From: Convolutriloba macropyga
Lineage: Eukaryota
NCBI RefSeq assembly: GCF_964194025.1
Contig: NC_134478.1
Location: 5,704,001-5,768,000, forward strand
DNA: 64,000 bases
Direction: 5' to 3'
The notes under the pieces are model-generated. The model was not told where the DNA came from. It did no database searches and worked only from the letters and a program-made list of their open reading frames with translations. A program made the position numbers and the translations under genes. The number at the start of each line of letters is the position of its first letter. The first letter of the stretch is position 1. Shown here piece after piece: positions 26,201-36,365 of this stretch.

Positions 26201-29200
26201 GAGTATCTGCTAACATACTTAATTTCTCTCAAACGAAGTTCAAAAATATATTGTAAATGTGTGTTTTTTACTGCAAAATTTTTTCTTGACCGCTTTCTTC
26301 TAAAAATGTTATTTTAATTTCACTTCTCCGTAATTTTTTTACGCTTGACTTTTCGATTTTTGCGTAATTTAAATAGCTCTTATACGGAAAGTACATCAGT
26401 TCCTAAAAGGAAGCAGATTTGAGGATCAACATTCACAAGACCCTGACAACCGAGTGGTTAATGCTTCCCTCTCCTACACCGTATGTCACGGGATCAAACA
26501 CCTATAGTCGAAGGTTTTTGTACCCATAAAAATTTACCTAAGATAATGCCCCCTCTGAATTAAATCGTCATTTGAGAGCAATTTTTCCCTAATTAAAAAT
26601 AATATGAAAGGTTGTATTGGTAGATACATCTGGTCATAAGAGAATACGCCAATATACTCAGCCCTTCTCATAGTGATATTAGATTTATCCAACTGTTACC
26701 TAGCTGTCAATCTTCACTTGTCGCGAAACGATTGCGGAAACAAAAGGAATCTAAACTTTCAGTTTCACAGTAAAGTTGCCCGTAGAAGATCTGCTAATAT
26801 ACCTAATTTCTCTCGAACGAAGTTCGAGAAAATATTGTAAATGTGTGTTTTTTACTGCAATATTTTTTCTTGAGCGCTTTTTTCTAAAATGTTCTTTGAT
26901 TTCACTTCTCCGCATTTTTTTACGCTTGACTTACCGGTTTCTGCGTAATTGAAATATTGCTCTTGTACAGAAAGTACATCTGTTCCTAAAAGGAAGCAGA
27001 TTGGAGGATCAACATTCACAAGACCCTGACAACCGAGTGGTTAATGCTTCTCTCTCTACACCGTAGGTCGCGGTGGCAAACGCCTGTATGTCGAAGGTTT
27101 TTGCACCCATAAAAAATTTTCTAGGCTATTGCCGCCTCTGAATTAAATCGTCATTTTAGAGCAATTTTTCCCTCATTATAAATAATATGAAAGGTTGTAT
27201 TGGTAGATACATCTAGTCATAAGAGAATACGCCAATGTACCTAGCCTTTCTGATAGTGATATTAGATTTATCCAACTGTTACCTAGCTGTCAATCTTCAC
27301 TTGTCGCGAAACGATAGAGGAAACAGGAGGAATCTAAACATTCAGTTTCACAGTTAAGTTGCACGTAGAAGATCTCCTAATGTACTCAATTTCTCTCTAA
27401 CGAAGTTCGAAAAGAATATTGTAAATGTGTGTTTTTACTGCAAAATTTTTTCTTGAGCGCTTTTTACTAAAAATGTTATTTTGATTTCACTTCTCCGTAA
27501 TTTTTTTACGCTTGGTTTTTCGATTTTTGCGTAATTTAAATAGCTCTTATACAGAAAGTACATCTGTTCCTAAAAGAAAACAGATTGGAAGATCAACATT
27601 CACAAGACCCTGATAACCGAGTGGTTAATGCTTCCCTCTCCTACACCGTAGGTCGCAGGTTCAAACGCCTACAGATCGGAGGTTTTTGCACTCAAAAAAT
27701 TATCTAGGCTAATGCTCCCTCAGAATTAAATTGTCATTTCAGAGCAGTTTTTCCCACGTTAAGAATAATATTGAAGGTTGTACTGTTATATACATCTGGT
27801 CATACTTAGCCTTTATCAGAGTGCTATTAGATTTGTCCAACTGTTAGCTGGCTGCCAATCTTCACTTCTCGCGAAACAATTTAAGAAACAGAAGTAATCT
27901 GAACATTCAGTTAAGTTTCCCACAGAAGATCTGTTAATGTACTTAATTGGTCTCGAACGAAGTTCCAAAAAATTATTGTAAACGTATGTCTTTTACTGCA
28001 AAATTTTTTCTTGACCGCTTTCTTCTAAAACGCTTTTTGATTTCTTTTCTCCGTATCTTTTTTACGCTTGACTTCTCGATTTTTGCGTAATTTAAATTGC
28101 TCTTGTGCAGAAAGTACATCTGTTCCTAAAAGAAAGCAGATTAGAGGATCAAAATTCACAACACCTTGACAACCGAGTGGTTAACGCTTCCCTCTCCTAC
28201 ACCGTATGTCACGGGATCAAACACCTATAGTCGAAGGTTTTTGTACCCATAAAAATTTACCTAAGATAATGCCCCCTCTGAATTAAATCGTCATTTGAGA
28301 GCAATTTTTCCCTAATTAAAAATAATATGAAAGGTTGTATTGGTAGATACATCTGGTCATAAGAGAATACGCCAATATACTCAGCCTTTCTCATAGTGAT
28401 ATTAGATTTATCCAACTGTTACCTAGCTGTCAATCTTCACTTGTTGCGAAACGATTGAGGAAACAAAAGGAATCTAAACATTCAGTTGCACAGCTAAATT
28501 GCCCGTAGAGTATCTGCTAACATACTTAATTTCTCTCAAACGAAGTTCAAAAATATATTGTAAATGTGTGTTTTTTACTGCAAAATTTTTTCTTGACCGC
28601 TTTCTTCTAAAAATGTTATTTTAATTTCACTTCTCCGTAATTTTTTTACGCTTGACTTTTCGATTTTTGCGTAATTTAAATAGCTCTTATACGGAAAGTA
28701 CATCAGTTCCTAAAAAAAAGCAGATTTGAAGGTCAACATTTACAAGACCTTGACAACGGAGTGGTTATTGCTTCCCTCTCCTACACCGTAGGTCGCGGGA
28801 TCAAACGCCAACGGGTCGGAGGTTTTTGCACCCATAAAAATTTATCTAGGCTAATGCCCCTTCTGAATTAAGTTGTCGTTTAGGCAATTTTTCCCACTTT
28901 AAAATTAATATTAAAGGTAATACTCTTAGATACATTTGGTCATAAGAAAATGCGGCAATATACTTTGTCTTTCTCAGAGTGATATTAGATTTATCCAACT
29001 GTTACCTAGCTGTCAATCTTCACTTGTTGCGAAACGATTGAGGAAACAAAAGGAATCTAAACATTCAGTTGCACAGCTAAATTGCCCGTAGAGTATCTGC
29101 TAACATACTTAATTTCTCTCAAACGAAGTTCAAAAATATATTGTAAATGTGTGTTTTTTACTGCAAAATTTTTTCTTGACAGCTTTCTTCTAAAAATGTT

Positions 29201-32200
29201 ATTTTAATTTCACTTCTCCGTAATTTTTTTACGCTTGACTTTTCGATTTTTGCGTAATTTAAATAGCTCTTATACGGAAAGTACATCAGTTCCTAAAAAA
29301 AAGCAGATTTGAAGGTCAACATTTACAAGACCTTTACAACGGAGTGGTTATTGCTTCCCTCTCCTACACCGTAGGTCGCGGGATCAAACGCCAACGGGTC
29401 GGAGGTTTTTGCACCCATAAAAATTTATCTAGGCTAATGCCCCTTCTGAATTAAGTTGTCGTTTAGGCAATTTTTCCCACTTTAAAATTAATATTAAAGG
29501 TAATACTCTTAGATACATTTGGTCATAAGAAAATGCGGCAATATACTTTGTCTTTCTCAGAGTGATATTAGATTTATCCAACTGTTACCTAGCTGTCAAT
29601 CTTCACTTGTCGCGAAACAATTGAGTAAACAAGGAATCTAAGCATTCAGTTTCGCAGTCAAGTTGCACACACAGGATCTGTTAATATACTTAATTGCTCT
29701 CGAACGAAGTTCGAAAAAATTCTGGTAAACTTTTGCGTTTTTTGCAAAATTTTATCTTGACCGCTTTCTTCTAAATTTTTATTTTGATTTCACTTCTCCG
29801 TAATATTTTTACGCTTGATTTTTCGGTTTTTGCGTAATTTAAATGGCTCTTATACAGAAATAACATCTGTTTCTAAAAGAAAGCAGATTGGAAGATGAAC
29901 ATTCACAAAACCCTGATAACCGAATGGTTAATGTTTCCCTCTTCTACACCATAGGTCGCGGGTTCAAATGCCTCCATGTCGTAGGTTTTTGCACACATAA
30001 AAAATTATTGAGGCTAATGCCCCTTCTGAATTAAGTTGTCGTTTAGGCAATTTTTCCCACTTTAAAATTAATATTAAAGGTAATACTCTTAGATACATTT
30101 GGTCATAAGAAAATGCGGCAATATACTTTGTCTTTCTCAGAGTGATATTAGATTTATCCAACTGTTACCTAGCTGTCAATCTTCACTTGTTGCGAAACGA
30201 TTGAGGAAACAAAAGGAATCTAAACATTCAGTTGCACAGCTAAATTGCCCGTAGAGTATCTGCTAACATACTTAATTTCTCTCAAACGAAGTTCAAAAAT
30301 ATATTGTAAATGTGTGTTTTTTACTGCAAAATTTTTTCTTGACAGCTTTCTTCTAAAAATGTTATTTTAATTTCACTTCTCCGTAATTTTTTTACGCTTG
30401 ACTTTTCGATTTTTGCGTAATTTAAATAGCTCTTATACGGAAAGTACATCAGTTCCTAAAAAAAAGCAGATTTGAAGGTCAACATTTACAAGACCTTGAC
30501 AACGGAGTGGTTATTGCTTCCCTCTCCTACACCGTAGGTCGCGGGATCAAACGCCAACGGGTCGGAGGTTTTTGCACCCATAAAAATTTATCTAGGCTAA
30601 TGCCCCTTCTGAATTAAGTTGTCGTTTAGGCAATTTTTCCCACTTTAAAATTAATATTAAAGGTAATACTCTTAGATACATTTGGTCATAAGAAAATGCG
30701 GCAATATACTTTGTCTTTCTCAGAGTGATATTAGATTTATCCAACTGTTACCTAGCTGTCAATCTTCACTTGTCGCGAAACAATTGAGTAAACAAGGAAT
30801 CTAAGCATTCAGTTTCGCAGTCAAGTTGCACACACAGGATCTGTTAATATACTTAATTGCTCTCGAACGAAGTTCGAAAAAATTCTGGTAAACTTTTGCG
30901 TTTTTTGCAAAATTTTATCTTGACCGCTTTCTTCTAAATTTTTATTTTGATTTCACTTCTCCGTAATATTTTTACGCTTGATTTTTCGGTTTTTGCGTAA
31001 TTTAAATGGCTCTTATACAGAAATAACATCTGTTTCTAAAAGAAAGCAGATTGGAAGATGAACATTCACAAAACCCTGATAACCGAATGGTTAATGTTTC
31101 CCTCTTCTACACCGTGGGTCGCGGGTTCAAATGGCTATGTGTCGGAGGCTTTTGCACGCATAAGAAATATCTAGTCTTATGCACTCTCTGAATTAAATTG
31201 TCTTTTCAGAGCACTTCTTCCCTCGTTAAAAATAATATTAAAGGTGGTAGTGTTAGATACATCTGTTCATGAGAAAATACGCCAATATGCTTTGCCTTTC
31301 TCAGAGTGATATTAGATTTATTCAACTGTTACCTAGCTGTCAATCTTCACTTTTCGCGAAACAATTGAGGAAACATAAGGAACCTAAACTATCAGTTTCA
31401 CAGTTAAGTTGCCTGTAGAAGATCTGCTAATATACTTAATTTCTCTCAAACGAAGTTCGAAAAAAATATTGTAAATGTGTGTTTTTTACTGCACAATTTT
31501 TTCTTGACCGCTTTCTTCTAAAATGTTATTTTGATTTCGCTTTTCCGTAATTTTTTTACTCTTGACTTTTCGATTTTTGCGTAATTTAAATAGCTATTAT
31601 ACGGAAAGTACATCATTTCCTAAAAAAACAGATTTGAAGGTCAACATTTACAAGACCTTGACAACGGAGTGGTTAATGCTTCCTCTCCTACACCGTAGGT
31701 CGCGGGATCAAACGCCTACGGGTCGGAGGTTTTTGCACCCATAAAAATTTATCTAGCCTAATGCCCCCTCTGAATTAAATTGTCGTTTAGGCAATTTTTC
31801 CCACGTTAAAATTAATATTAAAGGTAATAATCTTAGATACATTTGGTCATAAGAAAATACGGCAATATACTTTGCCTTTCTCAGAAAGATATAAGATTTA
31901 TTCAACTGTTACCTAGCTGTCAATCTTCATTTTTCGCGAAACAATTGAGGAAACATAAGGAATCAAAGCATTCAGTTTCGCAGTTAATTGCACACAGAGG
32001 ATCTGTTAATATACTTGATTGCTCTCGAACGAAGTTCGAAAAAATTCTGGTAAACGTGTGCGTTTTTTTATTGCAAAATTTTTTCTTGACCGCGTTCTTC
32101 TAAATTTTTATATTGATTTCACTTCTGCGTAATTTTTTTACGCTTGACATTTCGGTTTTTGCGTAATTTAAATGGCTCTTATACAGAAAGAACATCTGTT

Positions 32201-34982
32201 TCTAAAAGAAAGCAGATTGGAAGATGAATATTCACAAATCCCTGATAACCGAATGGTTGTTTCCCTCTTCTACACCTTGGGTCGCGGGTTCAAATGCCTA
32301 TGGGTTGGAGGCTTTTGCACCCATAAAAAATATCTAGTCTTATGCACCCTCTGAATTAAATTGTGTTTTCAGAGCACTTTTTCCCTCGTTAAAAATAATA
32401 TTAAAGGTTGTAGTGTTAGATACATCTGTTCATAAGAAAATGCGCCAATATGCTTTGCCTTTCTCAGAGTGATATTAGATTTATTCAACTGTTACCTAGC
32501 TGTCAATCTTCACTTTTCGCGAAACAATTGAGGAAACAAAAGGAATCTAAACATTCAGTTTCACAGTTAAGTTGACTGTAGAAGATCTGCTAATATACTT
32601 AATTTCTCTGGAACGAAGTTCGGAAAAATTGTAGTAAATGTGTGTGTTTTTTACTGCACAATTTTTTCTTGAACGCTTTCTTCTAAAATGTTATTTTGAT
32701 TTCACTTCTCCGTAATTTTTTTACGCTTGACTTTTCGATTTTTGTGTTATCTAAATAGCTCTTATACAGAAAGTACATCAGTTCCTAAAAGAAAGCAGAT
32801 AGGAAGGTCAACATTCACAAGACCCTGGAAACCGAGTGGTTAATGCTTCCTTCTCCTACACCGTAATTCGCGGGATCAAACGCCTACGGGTCGGAGGTTT
32901 TTGCACCCAAAAAAAACTATCTAGGCTAATGCCCCCTCTGAATTAAATGTCATTTGAGAAATTTTTCCCACGTTAAAATTAATGTTAAATTTTGTAATGT
33001 TAGATACATCTGTTCAAAAGAAAATACGGCAATATACTTAGCCTTTCTCAGAGTGATATTAGATATATTCAACTGTTACCTAGCTGTCAATCTTCACTTT
33101 TCGCGAAACAATTGAGGAAACAAAAGGAATCTAAACATTCAGTTTCACAGTTAAGTTGACTGTAGAAGATCTGCTAATATACTTAATTTCTCTGGAACGA
33201 AGTTCGGAAAAATTGTAGTAAATGTGTGTGTTTTTTACTGCACAATTTTTTCTTGAACGCTTTCTTCTAAAATGTTATTTTGATTTCACTTCTCCGTAAT
33301 TTTTTTACGCTTGACTTTTCGATTTTTGTGTTATCTAAATAGCTCTTATACAGAAACTACATCTGTTCCTAAAAGAAAGCAGATTGGAAGATCAACATTC
33401 ACAAGACCCTGACAACCGAGTGGTTAATGCTTCCTTCTTCTACACCGTAAGTCGCGGGATCAAAAGACTACGGGTCGGAGGTTTTTGCACCCATAAAAAA
33501 TTATCTTGGCTAATGCCCCCTCTGAATTAAATTGTCATTTGAGAAATTTTTCCCACGTTAAAATTAATATTAAATGTTGTAATGTTAGATACATCTGTTC
33601 ATAAGAAAATACGCCAATATGCTTTGCCTTTCTCAGAGTGATATTAGATTTTTTCAGCTGTTACCTAGCTGTCAATCTTCACTTTTCGCGAAACAATTCA
33701 GGAAACATAAGGAATCTAAACATTCAGTTTCACAGTTAAGTTGACTGTAGAAGATCTGCTAATATACTTAATTTCTCTGGAACGAAGTTCGGAAAAAATG
33801 TTGTAAATGTGTGTGTTTTTAACTGCCCAATTTTTTCTTGACCGCTTTCTTCTAAAATGTTATTTTGATTTCACTTCTCCGTAATATTTTTACGCTTGAC
33901 TTTTCGATTTTTGTGTAATCTAAATAGCTCCTATACAGAAAGTACATCAGTTCCTGAAAGAATGCAGATAGGAAGGTAAACATTCACAAGACCCTGGAAA
34001 CCGAGTGATTAATGCTTCCTTCTCCTACACCGTAGGTCGCGGGATCAAACGCCTACGGGTCGGAGGTTTTTGCACCCATAAAAAATTATCTAGGCTAATG
34101 CCCCCTCTGAATTAAATTGTCATTTGAGAAATTTTTCCCACGTTAAAATTAATATTAAATGTTGTAATGTTAGATACATCTGTTCATAAGAAAATACGGC
34201 AATATACTTAGCCTTTCTCAGAGTGATATTAGATTTATTCAACTGTTACCTAGATGTCAATCTTCACTTTTCGCGAAACAATTGAGGAAACATAAGGAAT
34301 CTAAACTTTCAGTTTCACAGTTAAGTTGCCCGTAGAAGATCTGCTAATATACTTAATTTCTCTCGAACGAAGTTTGGAAAAAATATTGTAAATGTGTGTT
34401 TTTTACTGCACAATTTTTTCTTGACCGCTTTCTTCTAAAATGTTATTTTGATTTCACTTCTCCGTAATTTTTTTACGCTTGACTTCTCGATTTTTGCGCA
34501 ATTTAAATTGCTCTTGTGCAGAAAGTACATCTGTTCCTAAAAGAAAGCAGATAGGAAGGTCAACATTCAGAAGACCCTGGAAACCGAGTGGTTAATGCTT
34601 CCTTCTAATATTAAATGTTGTAATGTTAGATACATCTGTTCATAAGAAAATCCGGCAATATACTTAGCCTTTCTCAGATTGATATTAGATTTATCCAACT
34701 GTTACCTAGGTGTCAATCTTCACTTGTCGCGAAACAATTGAGGAAACAGAAGGAATCTAAACATTCAGTTAAACAGTTAAGTTGCCCCCAGAAGATCTGT
34801 TAATATACTTAATTGTTCTCGAACGAAGTTCGAAAAATTATTGTAAACGTGTGTCTTTTTGCTGCAAAATTTTTTCTTAAGACCCATAGAACTTAGTGCA
34901 ATGAAGTTCATAAGTAGCTGTACATTTGATTGAGCTTATTGGCCTGTACCAGCTCATTGGAAAGGTGCATTCACTTCCATTG

Positions 34983-36093
34983 TTAATAGCCTTGTCAGCA
35001 ATTGCAAGCGGCTATTATAGTGCTCCTAATTTTTTTACAATTCAATGAATTTGAATTGTATTGGTGTGTTGTCTTTTTTTCAATATCTATTCACACATTT
35101 TAATGATTTTTGAAGTCAAATTGGATTCGTGATTTTGGTCACGCTGATACAATACTGGAGCGAAAAAGCGAGTGGTTTTGCGGCGTGAAATTTTTTTGCT
35201 CTAAATTTAAAGTAGAGTGACAAAACGGTATTTGAACAAAAATCCGCTTTCTCGCTAGTGGTTTTTTGTTCACATGCGGCAATTTGACTTTGATTTTTAC
35301 TGTTTTTTCAATTTTTTGGATCGGATTTTTTTTTCTAAATTGTTTTCCCAATCTATGCATAGTTCATTCTAGGCCTAGTTTTTTGGTTTGAAACAAATTT
35401 CCTTTTCTCGCTGATGGTTTTCTGTTTACATGCGGCATTTTGACATTGATATTCTGTATTTTTTTAGTTTTTTATCTGATTTTTTATAATGGTTTTCCCA
35501 ATTCACTCATAGTCCGTAATAGGTCTAGTTTTTTTGTTTGGTCAATGAAATTTCTTTGAATTGTACGTCAGGACTTGTCCTGCTATGTTTTTTTACTTCG
35601 TCTGGCAGATTTTTGTTTTGTCTTACCCTGACTTTTTGGAGTTGACTTTTTCAATGACTTCAGTGACTTCTACTGCTTTGCAGTTAAAGTTTTTGTTCGT
35701 GACGTCATTTCTGCTTTTAGGTCAATTGCGTGACTTTTCTCACTAAAAAATGATTTCTGAACTTTTTTATGGAACTTTAAATTTTATGAACATTTACTAA
35801 TTAAAGGTCAATAGTGTGCATCTAAGTATATATTTATATGCCCTAATTCCTGAGCAATAGAGTCTTGAGTTTTAATATCGAATAATAATTTTGAAAAAGC
35901 TGCATTAGGCCTTTTTCCTTGTAGAGCAAATGTGTCTCGTAAAAATGACAGTCCTAATCAAATCCAAAAAGTCTAGTGGTCCATTAAAAAGCTGGTGGTC
36001 GATCTGTCAATCTTATTTCTTTAGTTGTTTCAATTCATGGTAGGCCACAAGTGTCTATCGCGGCTATTTTCCGACAATCTGCCGGCTATGTTT
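34983..36093 (+). mobile_element. Second Helentron-like non-autonomous element, related family
   Basis: 5' TTAATAGCC...GCGGCTATT palindrome; 3' GCGGCTATTTT plus hairpin CCGACA-atc-TGCCGG plus CTATGTTT, the same architecture as 12296-12796. Confidence 0.62.
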
Positions 36094-36365
36094 CTAAATT
36101 AGAAGCGTTGCGCATATTTTACAGAGGAGAATAGATTAATATTTTTACCCGGATACTTGAAAATTGAAGGCCTGAGATTTTCTGATTTTCCGTTGAACTT
36201 TTAGAGCCCCTGTGTTATCAAAAAATTAAAATCAAAAGTTATTTGAAACTTGGAGTCTGTCGCATTTAGGTTGTGTGACAGGTTTTGCTATAGTTCATAA
36301 ACTTAATCAAGGAGTGCCTCTGTTGATGTTGTCTATACAATAACATAATGCATATCGTTGTTTAG

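Larger units (their letters stand above)
10680..34878 (+). repeat. Tandem satellite array, ~39 monomers of ~555-585 bp, each with a tRNA-derived segment
   Basis: Recurrent blocks agagtgatattagatttatccaactg..., cattcacaagaccctgacaaccgagtggttaatgc..., gatacatctggtcataagaaaatacgcc; 39 gaccctg-type heads counted from 11103 to 34573. Confidence 0.97.
10485..36365 (+). other. 25,881-bp GT-AG intron of the PARP12/ZAP-like gene
   Basis: GTTAGT...TTGTTTAG; the AG|G junction makes an Arg codon and keeps frame (VHVFR-FIGEF), giving 910 aa; intervening sequence is almost all repeat. Confidence 0.78.

Noticed and set aside
12754-32354. Short 60-86 aa ORFs within the satellite as repeated exons
   Set aside because: They occur in varying frames and strands, and homologous monomers have frequent indels and stops.
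11103-34600. Cluster of functional tRNA genes
   Set aside because: D, anticodon and T stems do not pair canonically, and many copies have altered B boxes (GGATC, GCTGGC); no anticodon can be assigned.
10680-34878. CRISPR-like repeat-spacer array
   Set aside because: Whole monomers are homologous with no unique spacers; no cas genes; eukaryotic context.
36358-36365. TTG start of the 844-aa ORF
   Set aside because: Lies within the splice acceptor (TTGTTTAG); better explained by splicing from exon 1.
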